Assembly: GCF_046119375.1 (NCBI RefSeq)
Contig: NW_027362768.1
Location: 196,850,001-196,914,000, forward strand
Length of the DNA: 64,000 bases
Source: Phyllobates terribilis
Lineage: Eukaryota
Direction: 5' to 3'
Part shown: one piece after another, positions 25,350 through 38,400 of the stretch
Position numbering within the stretch: the first letter of the stretch is position 1
Layout of the letters: the number at the start of each line of letters is the position of its first letter
Made by a program: the position numbers and the translations under genes
Notes under the pieces: model-generated
Databases searched by the model: none
The model's input: only the letters and a program-made list of their open reading frames with translations
What the model was told of the DNA's origin: nothing

Positions 25350-26412
25350 TATCCATAGACATTAATATGGAGAAAAGTATGTGCCCCCCACATCCACCTC
25401 CGGGGGCTTCTCTGTCCTCCATCTACATCCATAGACATTAATATGGAGATAAGTATGTGCCCCCCACATCCACCTCCGGGGACTTCTCTGTCCTCATCTA
25501 CATCCATAGACATTAATACAGAGAAAGTATGTGCCCCCCACATCCACCTCCAGGGGCTTCTCTGTCCTCATCTACATCCATAGACATTAATATGGAGAAA
25601 GTATGTGCCCCCCACATCCACCTCCGGGGGCTTCTCTGTCCTCATCTACATCCATAGACATTAATATGGAGGAAAGTATGTGCCCCCCACATCCACCTCC
25701 GGGGGCTTCTCTGTCCTCATCTACATCCATAGACATTAATATGGAGAAAGGTATGTGCCCCCCACATCCACCTCCAGGGGCTTCTCTGTCCTCATCTACA
25801 TCCATAGACATTAATATGGAGAAAAGTATGTGCCCCCCACATCCACCTCCGGGGGCTTCTCTGTCCTCATCTACATCCATAGACATTAATATGGAGAAAA
25901 GTATGTGCCCCCCACATCCACCTCCGGGGGCTTCTCTGTCCTCATCTACATCCATAGACATTAATATGGAGGAAAGTATGTGCCCCCCACATCCACCTCC
26001 GGGGGCTTCTCTGTCCTCATCTACATCCGTAGATATTAATATGGAGAAAAATATGTGCCCCCCACATCCACCTCCAGGGGCTTCTCTGTCCTCATCTACA
26101 TCCATAGACATTAATATGGAGGAAAGTATGTGCCCCCCGCATCCACCTCCAGGGGCTTCTCTGTCCTCCATCTATATCTATAGACATTAATATGGAGGAA
26201 AGTATGTGCCCCCCACATCCACCTCCGGGGGCTTCTCTGTCCTCCATCTATATCTATAGACATTAATATGGAGGAAAGTATGTGCCCCCCACATCCACCT
26301 CCAGGGGCTTCTCTGTCCTCATCTACATCCATAGACATTAATATGGAGAAAAGTATCTGCCCCCCACATCCACCTCCGGGGGCTTCTCTGTCCCTCATAG
26401 ACATTAATATGG
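25350..26412 (+). repeat. 75-bp minisatellite, ~14 copies, plus an orphan partial copy at ~24969-25013
   Basis: Unit atagacattaatatggagaaaagtatgtgccccccacatccacctccgggggcttctctgtcctcatctacatcc; 25-aa periodicity in the ORF track. Confidence 0.95.
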
Positions 26413-28159
26413 AGTCGCTCCTCTGCAGATATTATGGTTCTCGATCTTCTGGGAAGAATTTCTACAAGATTTTGGATGCGTCTGTGGGGATTTTTGCCCC
26501 TTCATTCAGAAGAGCACTTGTGGGGTCAGACCCTGATGTTGGGGGGAGGCCGGGTTCACATTCTCCATTGTACGGTGGGTTGAAGTCCGGGCTCTGTGCG
26601 GCCGCTCATGTTCTCGTCTGTATGGACCTCGTGCTCTGGGCACAGTCATGGGGAACAGATTTACACCACTCCAGCCGACGCTCGACATTGTGCTTGGTGA
26701 TGTACGGCTGCAGCAGCTGCTCGGCCATGCGGCTCCCGGCGGGGGGGAGCAGTGTTTATACCAGAGGAGGTCTGTACTCTGCAATGGGGCTGACGGAGAA
26801 AGCTGAATTCACTGATTGCACAGTACTTTTCTCCATATGGTTTATAAGAAAATTGTAGAATCTCAGCTCCATAGCTGAATGTTGTGTGAGATGGAAATGC
26901 TGCATGATGTTTGGATCTTCTGTGACAAGAAGGAGCACTTTAGATATTAGGGAGCTGCTCTTTGTGGTGGAGTCTTTACAATGAATGTTCAGCCGGAAAT
27001 CTTTACAGAAGATACGATGATACTTGAATTATGGCCGGGGTCCTGGAGAGGGTCCTGTGTCTGCAGTGATCGGTGTGTGCGGGGGTCCGCCCGAGCGACT
27101 GCTCATCTCAGTGGCTAAGCCAGGCCCCTTCTGTCAGTCTAGCCTCTCGGGCAGCCCCCTTCACCCGCCGCTCTGATGAAATGCTGACACTGGAAACTGC
27201 GAGGACCGTAGCGACTCCCTGGAGTCCATGCACCTTTATGTCCGTACGTTGTCTGTAGTTTGATTTTATCCTCATTCCCTTTAAGCAGGTGGAGACCCTG
27301 CAGTGTGCGTGCCGAGCCTGGAGGGGGCGACAATCTCCAGGCTTCTGCTTCCATGGCTTCTTCTTGTATGGGATGTTACTGTTGGTGGTCCGGCTCCTGC
27401 ACACCGCCCACATGCCCCAACTAAAGGGACATTTGTCCTGAGCGTGACCCTTTATTTTTAGGGGATGTATAAGATATGTGAGGCGCTCCGTCTCATCCAC
27501 ATCTTGTAGTTCCCCTTTAAGTAAACTTTTTTTTTGCTGTCTTCACCGAAAACCCATAACCCCGGAGCTGTCAGATCGCGCTCGTAGCACAAGGTTTCCG
27601 GCTTTACTTCCTCTCCTGGAGTTTCGCTCTTCGTAGATTTCTACTTGGTCGATGGTGGAGAAAAGTTTCCTATAATTTATATCTATAATGCTGGAGCCTT
27701 AAAGGGGAACTCTACGAGATCCGGAGCCGGAGCTGCACACGTCCTCTACTGGTGGGGGATTATTGCTGCATAGATGATGGGAGTTGTAGTTTTGTCCTCT
27801 CGGTTTCATCATTATATGTAATAATCTCTAGAATCCCCCTGCTCCTTTGTCATGGGGACCTCCCTCCTCCTGAGTCAGACACACGCAGGTCCTCGGACTC
27901 AGTAACGGTCACATTTCCTCCGGTATCGGGCCTGTCCGCTGCCGGATCTGGGGATGGCGGATTGTGGGAGGAGTCTGAATGATTGGCGCTCGTCACCGCA
28001 CTTTTCCCCGGATCCGTCCGTGGCGCTCGCTCCGTTGTTTCTCTTCTGATCGCTCTCATTTTTCTTCCATTTTGTGATGTAAATTAAATCAGAATTTTGG
28101 ATTTCACTTTAATTTGTTCTGTTTTGTTTTTTTTGCTGTGATTAATATTCATGAGGCCT

Positions 28160-28510
28160 CCGTGGGTCTCAGCCTCCAACGTGTCGCAGCCTCCATGCGT
28201 CTCAGCCTCCGTGTCGCAGCCTCCGTGCGTCTCAGCCTCCATGTCGCAGCCTCCGTGCGTCTCAGCCTCCGTGTCGCAGCCTCCATGCGTCTCAGCCTCC
28301 GTGTCGCAGCCTCCGTGTGTCGCAGCCTCCGTGCGTCTCAGCCTCCGTGTCGCAGCCTCCGTGTCGCAGCCTCCATGCGTCTCAGCCTCCAACGTGTCGC
28401 AGCCTCTGAGCATCCCAGCCTGTGTGCGTCGTCTGAGATCCCGTGCATCTCAGCCTCCATAGTGTCTCAGCCTCCGAGCGTTCTTAGCCTCCGTGCGTCT
28501 CAGCCTCCAC
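28160..28510 (+). repeat. 14/16-bp subunit minisatellite (GCCTCCGTGTCGCA / GCCTCCATGCGTCTCA)
   Basis: Alternating tandem subunits visible directly. Confidence 0.9.
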
Positions 28511-29699
28511 TTGTACCGTTCTCCTGCTCCAGATGAGTTTTCTATAAGGCTGACAGAGGACCCCTTTATTTTCATAGACTTGTGAGAGGCGTCCTACGTG
28601 TACAGGGCGACCTGCAGTATATGGTATACGCTGTATACTCAGACTGACACGTCCGGCTCAGCTCCGCAGCCTCGAGGATGCGGCTCACAGAACTACAATT
28701 CCCAGACGCCCTCTGTTTTTTCGGGACCTGCTGGGGGTTGTAGTTTTGCACCAGCTGGAGACTATTCGGCTGCAGATTAAATGTTGACGTCGGCGGCTCC
28801 TTTTATGAAACGCCCGAGTGAACCATTGCTGGCACCTCCTCAGGGGTTAAAGTAAATGACAGCTCCCAATCTGTGATCACCGCCCGGATTATGTTCACAC
28901 AAAGCAGATTTGCTGCAGAAAACGTTTGCAGCAAATTCACAAAAGATTGGCAGGAAAATGAGGTTGGTTTAAATCTCACTCCCCTCTCCAGTGGTATCGC
29001 TCGTCTGCTCTGCCGCCAGAGTCTGCACAACCTGACCGCCCGCGATAATCGCCTTATCCCATGTGACCGCGGCAGCCTGTGATTGGCTGGTGCAGTCATG
29101 TGACATAACACATCCGCACAGGAGATCCGGTTGCTGTGAGAGAGGCAGAGAATGAGCAATGGAGCCACAAAAGCGGCAAAGAAGGTGAACGGGGGGTGAT
29201 CAGGGATTGGCGGACTATATAAATTATCAGATATCTGCGTCTTTAACCCTTTCTGGAGCCGGATGAGAGAAGTGGATTTTCTTCATAGAGATCCACAGGA
29301 GACACAAAAGCCGATAGTAAATATCCGCCTGAATCCTCAGATCATGAACACAGAAGAGATGTGGCCCCCGGCACGGAGCCCGATTTTGCCACAGAGGACA
29401 GAAGGGCCCGCTGCTTGCCCCTCTGTGCCCTTTCCATGGTCTCTGGGACGAGTCTACACATTTTTTGTTCTGTCACTTCATAGCGCAGGAGATGAGACCC
29501 TTATTCTCCAGGGGCCCCTTATTCTCCAGGGGCCCCCTATAGCCACATGGTTTGCTTCTTACCTGTACCCTCTGCGAGATCATACAAGACCTGAGTATTA
29601 AATATAAGCGAGAATTGGCCATCAGCGGGGACGAAGTGTGGATGAGGGATTGTTACTGGCACGGAGATGGGGGCACTGCAGATGGCACTACGATGGTGT

Positions 29700-32040
29700 C
29701 TGGTACTGGGATGGGGGCACTATGGCCATTAATTCAGATGGGGGCACTGTGGCCATTAATTGAGATGAGGGCACTGTGGCCGGTAACAGAGAGATGGGGG
29801 CACTGTGGCCGGTAATAGAGATAGAGATGGGGGCACTGTGGCCGGTAATAGAGATAGAGATATGGGCACTGTGGCCGGTAACTGAGATGGGGGCACTGTG
29901 GCCGGTAACTGAGATGGGGGCACTGTGCCCGGTAACTGAGATGGGGGCACTGTGCCCGGTAACTGAGATGGGGGCGCTGTGGCCATTAATTGAGATGGGG
30001 GCGCTGTGGCCATTAATTGAGATGGGGGCGCTGTGGCCATTAATTGAGATGGGGGCACTGTGACCTGTAACCGAGATGGGGGCACTGTGGCCAGTAACTG
30101 AGATGGGGGCACTGTGGCCAGTAACTGAGATGGGGGCACTGTGGATAGTAACTGAGATGGGGGCACTGTGGCCAGTAACTGAGATGGGGGCACTGTGGCT
30201 AGTAGCTGACATGGGGGCACTGTGGCCAGTAACTGAGATGGGGGCACTGTGGCCATTAATTGAGATGGGAGCACTGTGGCTAGTAACTGACATGGGGGCA
30301 CTGTGGCCGGTAACTGACATGGGGGCACTGTGGCCAGTAACTGACTTGGGGGCACTGTGGCCAGTAACTGAGATGGGGGCACTGTGGCCAGTAACTGAGA
30401 TGGGGGCACTGTGGCCAGTAACTGAGATGGGGGCACTGTGGCTAGTATCTTACATGGGGGCACTGTGGCCGGCGCTGTGATGGGGGCACTGTGGCCAGTA
30501 ACTGAGATGGGGGCACTCTGGCCAGTCACTGAGATGTGGGCACTGTGGCTAGTAACTGACATGGGGGCACTGTGGCCGGTAACTGAGATGGGGGCACTGT
30601 GGTCAGTAACTGAGATGGGGGCACTGTGGCTAGTATCTTACATGGGGGCACTGGGGCCGGCGCTGTGATGGGGGCACTGTGGCCAGTAACTGAGATGGGG
30701 GCACTGTGGCCATTAATTGAGATGGGGGCACTGTGGTCAGTAACTGAGATGGGGGCGCTGTGGCTATTAATTGAGATGGGGGCACTGTGGCCAGTAACTG
30801 AGATGGGGGCACTGTGGCCGGTAACTGAGATGGGGGCACTGTGGCCGGTAACTGAGATGGGGGCACTGTGGCCGGTAACAGAGATGGGGGCACTGTGGCT
30901 GGTAACAGAGATAGAGATGGGGGCACTGTGGCTGGTAACAGAGATGGGGGCACTGTGGCCAGTAACTGAGATGGGGGCACTGTGGTCGGTAACATAGATG
31001 GGGGCACTGTGGCCGGTAACAGAGATGGGGGCACTGTGGCCGGTAACAGAGATGAGGGCACTGTGGCCGGTAACAGAGATAGAGATGGGGGCACTGTGGC
31101 CGGTAACTGAGATGGGGGCACTGTGACCTGTAACTGAGATGGGGGCGCTATGGCCATTAATTGAGATGGGGGCACTGTGGCCAGTAACTGAGATGGGGGC
31201 ACTGTGGTCAGTAACTGAGATGGGGGCACTGTGGTCAGTAACTGAGATGGGGGCACTGTGGTCAGTAACTGAGATGGGGGCACTGTGGCCATTAATTGAG
31301 ATGGGGGCACTGTGGCCAGTAACTGAGATGGGGGCACTGTGGCCAGTAACTGAGATGGGGGCACTGTGGTCAGTAACTGAGATGGGGGCACTGTGGTCAG
31401 TAACTGAGATGGGGGCACTGTGGTCAGTAACTGAGATGGGGGCACTGTGGCCAGTAACTGAGATGGGGGCACTGTGGCCAGTAACTGAGATGGGGGCACT
31501 GTGGTCAGTAACTGAGATGGGGGCACTGTGGCCGGTAACTGACATGGGGGCACTTTGACCATTAATTCAGATGGGGGCACTATGGCCATTAATTGAGATG
31601 GGGGCACTGTGGCCAGTAACTGAGATGGGGGCAGTGGCCGGTAACTGACATGGGGGCACTGTGGCCAGTAACTGAGATGGGGGCACTGTGGCCAGTAACT
31701 GAGATGGGGGCACTGTGGCCATTAATTGAGATGGGGGCACTTTGACCATTAATTGAGATGGGGGCACTGTGGCCATTAATTGAGATGGGGGCACTTTGAC
31801 CATTAATTGAGATGGGGGCACTATGGCCATTAATTGAGATGGGGGCACTGTGGCCAGTAACTGAGATGGGGGCACTGTGGCCGGTAACTGACATGGGGGC
31901 ACTGTGGCCGGTAACTGAGATGGGGGCACTGTGGCCAGTAACTGAGATGGGGGCACTGTGGCCGGTAACTGAGATGGGGGCACTGTGACTAGTATCTTAC
32001 ATGGGGGCACTGGGGCCGGTGCTGTGATGGGGGCACTGTA
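29700..32040 (+). repeat. 27-bp minisatellite (GAGATGGGGGCACTGTGGCCAGTAACT), ~85 copies, between the convergent samd13 and uox 3' ends
   Basis: 9-aa periodicity (MGALWPVTE / ATVPPSQLL) in the ORF track; direct tandem units. Confidence 0.96.
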
Positions 32041-32290
32041 ATGGAGGTGCTATGCTGCAATAGCGGCACAGTGTCATGGTCCGGTAGGTACTATGCTGCC
32101 GCTGTGGCTATCACTGTTAGGGACGGTGTGGTTGGCACCATAATGAGGGCATTGCAGGGGGCTAGTATTGTAATGGGGGCACTAATGCCGGACTACGCGC
32201 CTCGTCACAACCTCTGTATCTGGCGGTATTTCTCCGCTCCCTCTGTGGGGTCAGTTCACAACGCTCAGAGTCGCCCGGATGAAGCCGCCC

Positions 32291-32296
32291 TTTATT
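32291..32296 (-). promoter_or_regulatory. Putative uox polyadenylation signal AATAAA
   Basis: tttatt on the + strand, ~70 nt downstream of the uox stop codon. Confidence 0.6.
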
Positions 32297-32365
32297 ATTC
32301 CAGATCACCACAAATCCAAAGATGAAATCACAGCAGCAGAATGACCGTCAGCCGCCGGAGGAACA

Positions 32366-32440
32366 TCACAGCTTGGAGAAAGCTTTCCTCCTCACAGTGC
32401 CGGTGATATTTCCATAGGGTTTATCGGAGGGCAGCAGGAT
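32366..32440 (-). CDS. uox: uox exon 8 ([24 protein letters not shown])
   Basis: ttccgcag acceptor; ends in the PTS1 tripeptide SKL and TGA. Confidence 0.96.
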   Translation of the reverse strand: MLLPSDKPYGNITGTVRRKAFSKL

Positions 32441-35400
32441 CTGCGGAAACATTGGATATTCATTATTATTCTGGTATCATCATATAATACCGCCATAGTG
32501 TACAATCATATGAAGCCGCCATCAATCGTCACACTCTGCCATTATATGTTGGGGTGATCCCCCGCAGCTGCGTCCTGTGACACGGCCGGTAGACGCCGCG
32601 GCAGACGGCACCGCTTCTCATTACCTCGTCTTTGTTGCTCAGGTTGAACTTGCTCAGGTCGATGGTGAAATAATGTTTGTTTGGCAAAATAACTTCAACT
32701 TCTTCAATCTGCAATGAATAGAAATGATCATAGGGGCGAGGGTCCACGAGTCGCACTTTATGTTCTCATTTCCAAGCAGAATAATGTCCAATGTAAGAAG
32801 GATTCTCGAAAACTGACACCTGCTCCCCGATCACCGAGTCACCGAGACAAGTAACGGAGGACGAGAAGCCCCAGAGGAAGCCGAGATGGCCGCACCGGCT
32901 CCAACAAGACAGAAGTGGCCAAAAACCTCAGACAGAAAGAGCACTCGGCTAACAGCTGTCCCCGGCGTACACTAAGGTCTCCGTCCACAACCCTGTGACC
33001 CCCAAAACCAGACCCCTCTGACCCCTACAGAAAAGAAGAGGAAAAGAGATGGATAAAGAACAAATGAGGAAGAGATGAGTCAGTGCAGAAGCAGATGGTG
33101 AGAAATGAGCTGAGTGATCGTCCTACGGTCCGGCACTCCCGACCCATGATCCCGCACTCCCTGTCCCACGGCCCCGCACTCCCCAACTCCACACTCCCCG
33201 TCCCACAGCCCCGCACTGCCCGTCCCGCACTCTCCATCCTATAGTTTCACCAACACCGCCCTTCATTGCCTGTCCTATAGTCACCATCCTATAGTCACTG
33301 CTCTATAGTCCTGCAGTTCCTATCCCATAACCCCCCAGTTCCCGTCCTATAATCCCACTGTTCCTATCCCATAGCCCTGCAGTCATCATCCTATAGTCTC
33401 ACCAACACCATCCTGCAGTGCCTGTCCTATAGTCCTGTAATCACCATCCTATAGTCACTGCTCTATAATTCTCCAGCACCGTCCTACAGTCCCCGTCCTA
33501 TATTCCTGTAGTCACCGTCCTATAGTCACTGCTCTATAATTCTGCAGCACCATCCTACAGTCCCCGTCCTATATTCCTGTAGTCACCGTCCTATAGTCAC
33601 TGCTCTATAATTCTGCAGCACCGTCCTACAGTCCCCGTCCTATATTCCTGTAGTCACCATCCTATAGTCACTGCTCTATAATTCTGCAGCACCGTCCTAC
33701 AGTCCCCGTCCTATATTCCTGTAGTCACCGTCCTATAGTCACTGCTCTATAATTCTGCAGCACCGTCCTACAGTCCCCGTCCTATATTCCTGTAGTCACC
33801 GTCCTATAGTCACTGCTCTATAATTCTGCAGCACCGTCCTACAGTCCCCGTCCTATATTCCTGTAGTCACCGTCCTATAGTCACTGCTCTATAATTCTGC
33901 AGCACCGTCCTACAGTCCCCGTCCTATATTCCTGTAGTCACCATCCTGCAGTCACTGCTCTATAGTCCCGTTGTTCCTATCCCATAGCCCCGCAGTCCCC
34001 GTCCTATAGTCACTGTGCTATTGTCCTGCAGTTGCCGTCAGTCAATTGTGGGTGGTAAATCCTCGGAGTATAAGCCCTCTGAAGACCCCATAACTTTGTA
34101 TTAGACAAGAAGAAGAAATGAATCGATGCCAAATTGTGAACCTATTGGATAAGACCATGTAGTTGGCGGAGGCGGCGCACCTCTTTGATAGTGCACTGGA
34201 ACGCCTTTGCTGACGACATTTCTGACCATTGCACATAAGGAGCCCCCGGCCGCCGTGTGCCCCCCACTCTGTACCTCGGGGATGCGGCTCAGGCATAGCA
34301 CCTGGATGTCGTACAGCGTCTTCTGGACAGAGGGGGAATATTCTCCTTTGTCGTACGGACCAGCAAATTTGTCAAGGATTATTTCTTTCACGGTTCCCCT
34401 GGAGAAACAAGAAGATACTCGTCAGATGATCGTTATCTGGGGTCAGATTGATCAGTGTGTATATGATCATTAGAGCAGGGACTACTGAGAACATATGTCC
34501 ATGGAGCGCACCGGGAGTGCGGAGACCAGCCGAGCGCAATGCCGTGCTGTCCCCGGAGGCCCCAACAAGGAAAGGAGCGGCAGAGCGCACAATCGCCCAC
34601 CGCTCCCATTCACACAGAGCTCTTCCGAGCCCTAGTCCTTGGGATCGGTGGGAGTCCCAGCAGTCGTACCCAAAGTTATCGGGAAGCTATCCAATGGTTG
34701 AGGTAGAACTTCCAAACTTCAGAATGCCCTTTTAACTCACTGGCGATGGCCAGCGGCCGCTACCGTGGTCTGTGGTGTAACATGGTGGCCGTTCGATAAG
34801 AGTGGACCTCTGTTCTGGCTCATGGACCACCCTCTTTGATGAGAAAACCCCCGGGCTGTGCCAGTCTCACCGGACACAAGGCCACTTACCAGATGGCATC
34901 AGAGTTCAGCCCCTTGTAGGAGCTGTACTTCCATTTGCAGTTGACGATGGTGGAGAAGCAGCGGTCTTTCACCTCGGGGAGCGTTGTATATTGATCTTTT
35001 ATAAAACCTTCGAATCCGGACTGTGTCGTCTTCAGGACCCTCAGATCTATAATTCCAGAGTAAACGACGGGCTGAGCTGCGGAGAGGACACCAAAAAGAC
35101 GGCATAAGATGAAGGTGCGGACCCTACAACACCCGGTGGTCTCAGGCCTGTCACAACAAGGACTACCAGACTCGTTCCAGTTCTCCTACCTCCTCGCTCC
35201 TGTTCTACTTCACAGAAATGGACGCCCTCAGAGGAATAGATAAAGGCATGAACGTGCTCCACTCCGTCCTGAAGCCAAGAGAAACAGAGACACGAAGAAA
35301 TGCATCGTATTCCCGTATATAAGCCGGTGCAAAACACTGGGAACATTTCTCTTTCTGGCAGAGTTTCCAAACTTGTGCAGAACCTTATCATGTATCTCTG

Positions 35401-38400
35401 TATACAGGGAGCTCCCCCTAGTGGTGGCTGCAGACAGAATCTTATCCTGTATCTCTGTATACAGGGAGCTCCCCCTAGTGGTGGCTGCAGACAGGATCTT
35501 ATCATGTATCTCTGTATACAGGGAGCTCCCCCTAGTGGTGGCTGCAGACAGGATCTTATCATGTATCTCTGTATACAGGGAGCTCCCCCTAGTGGTGGCT
35601 GCAGACAGGATCTTATCATGTATCTCTGTATACAGGGAGCTCCCCCTAGTGGTGGCTACAGACAGAATCTTATCATGTATCTCTGTATACAGGGAGCTCC
35701 CCCTAGTGGTGGCTGCAGACAGGATCTTATCATGTATCTCTGTATACAGGGAGCTCCCCCTAGTGGTGGCTGCAGACAGGATCTTATCATGTATCTCTGT
35801 ATACAGGGAGCTCCCCCTAGTGGTGGCTGCAGACAGGATCTTATCATGTATCTCTGTATACAGGGAGCTCCCCCTAGTGGTGGCTGCAGACAGAATCTTA
35901 TCATGTATCTCTGTATACAGGGAGCTCCCCCTAGTGATGGCTAAAGACAGAATCTTATCATGTATCTCTGTATACAGGGAGCTCCCCCTAGAGGTGGCTA
36001 CAGACAGAATCTTATCATGTATCTCTGTATACAGGGAGCTCCCCCTAGTGGTGGCTGCAGACACGATCTTATCATGTATCTCTGTATACAGGGAGCTCCC
36101 CCTAGTGGTGGCTGCAGACAGGATATTATCATGTATCTCTGTATACAGGGAGCTCCCCCTAGTGGTGGCTGCAGACAGAATCTAATCATGTATATCTGTA
36201 TACAGGGAGCTCCCCCTAGTGGTGGCTGCAGACAGAATCTTATCATGTATCTCTGTATACAGGGAGCTCCCCCTAGTGGTGGCTGCAGACAGGATCTTAT
36301 GTATCTCTGTATACAGAGAGCTCCCCCTAGTGGTGCCTGCAGACAGGAACTTATCATATATCTCTGTATACAGGGAGCTCCCCCTAGTGGTGCCTGCAGA
36401 CAGGAACTTATCATGTATCTCTGTATACAGGGAGCTCCCCCTAGTGGTGGCTGCAGACAGGATCTTATCATGTATTTCTGTATACAGGGAGCTCCCCCTA
36501 GTGGTGACTGCAGACAGAATCTTATCATGTATCTCTGTATACAGAGAGCTCCTCCTAGTGGTGGCTGCAGACAGAACCGTATCATGTATCTCTGTATACA
36601 GGGAGCTCCCCCTAGTGGTGGCTGCAGACAGGATCTTATCATGTATCTCTGTATACAGGGAGCTCCCCCTAGTGGTGGCTGCAGACAGGATCTTATCATG
36701 TATCTCTGTATACAGGGAGCTCCCCCTAGTGGTGGCTGCAGACAGGATCTTATCATGTATCTCTGTACACAGGGAGCTCCCCCTAGTGGTGACTGCAGAC
36801 AGAATCTTATCATGTATCTCTGTATACAGGGAGCTCCCCCTAGTGGTGGCTGCAGACAGGATCTTATCATGTATCTCTGTACACAGGGAGCTCCCCCTAG
36901 TGGTAGCTGCAGACAGGATGTTATCATGTATCTCTGTATACAGGGAGCTCCCCCTAGTGGTGGCTGCAGACAGAATCTTATCATGTATCTCTGTATAAAG
37001 GGAGCTCCCCCTAGTGGTGGCTGCAGACAGAATCTTATCATGTATCTCTGTATACAGGGAGCTCCCCCTAGTGGCGACTGCAGACAGATCTTATCATGTA
37101 TCTCTGTATACAGGGAACTCCCCCTAGTGGTGGCTGCAGACAGGATCTTATCATGTATCTCTGTATACAGGGAGCTCCCCCTAATGGTGGCTGCAGACAG
37201 AATCTTATCATGTATCTCTGTATACAGGGAGCTCCCCCTAATGGTGGCTGCAGACAGAATCTTATCATGTATCTCTGTATACAGGGAGCTCCCCCTAGTG
37301 GTTACTGCAGACAGATCTTATCATGTATCTCTGTATACAGGGAGCTCCCCCTAGTGGTGGCTGCAGACAGAATCTTATCATGTATCTGTGTATACAGGGA
37401 GCTCCCCCTAGTGGAGGCTGCAGACAGGATCTTATCATGTATCTCTGTATACAGAGAGCTCCCCCTAATGGTGGCTGCAGACAGGATCTTATCATGTATC
37501 TCTGTATACAGGGAGCTCCCCCTAGTGGTGACTGCAGACAGAATCTTATCATGTATCTCTGTATACAGGGAACTCCCCCTAGTGGTGGCTGCAGACAGGA
37601 TCTTATCATGTATCTCTGTATACAGGGAGCTCCCCCTAATGGTGGCTGCAGACAGAATCTTATCATGTATCTCTGTATACAGGGAGCTCCCCCTAATGGT
37701 GGCTGCAGACAGAATCTTATCATGTATCTCTGTATACAGGGAGCTCCCCCTAGTGGTGACTGCAGACAGATCTTATCATGTATCTCTGTATACAGGGAAC
37801 TCCCCCTACTGGTGGCTGCAGACAGGATCTTATCATGTATCTCTGTATACAGGGAGCTTCCCCTAGTGGTGACTGCAGACAGAATCTTATCATGTATCTC
37901 TGTATACAGGGAACTCCCCCTAGTGGTGGCTGCAGACAGGATCTTATCATGTATCTGTGTATACAGGGAGCTCCCCCTAGTGGAGGCTGCAGACAGGATC
38001 TTATCATGTATCTCTGTATACAGGGAGCTCCCTCTAGTGGTGGCTGCAGACAGAATCTTATCATGTATCTGTGTATACAGGGAGCTCCCCCTAGTGGAGG
38101 CTGCAGACAGGATCTTATCATGTATCTCTGTATACAGAGAGCTCCCCCTAATGGTGGCTGCAGACAGGATCTTATCATGTATCTCTGTATACAGGGAGCT
38201 CCCCCTAGTGGTGACTGCAGACAGAATCTTATCATGTATCTCTGTATACAGGGAACTCCCCCTAGTGGTGGCTGCAGACAGAATCTTATCATGTATCTCT
38301 GTATACAGGGAGCTCCCCCTAGTGGTGGCTACAGACAGAATCTTATCATGTATCTCTGTATACAGGGAGCTCCCCCTAGTGGTGGCTACAGACAGAATCT

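Noticed and set aside
29688-32010. Mucin- or antifreeze-like repeat proteins (ATVPPSQLL, HSAPISVTG, MGALWPVTE)
   Set aside because: 27-bp tandem unit open on both strands, with no signal peptide exon or other gene structure.
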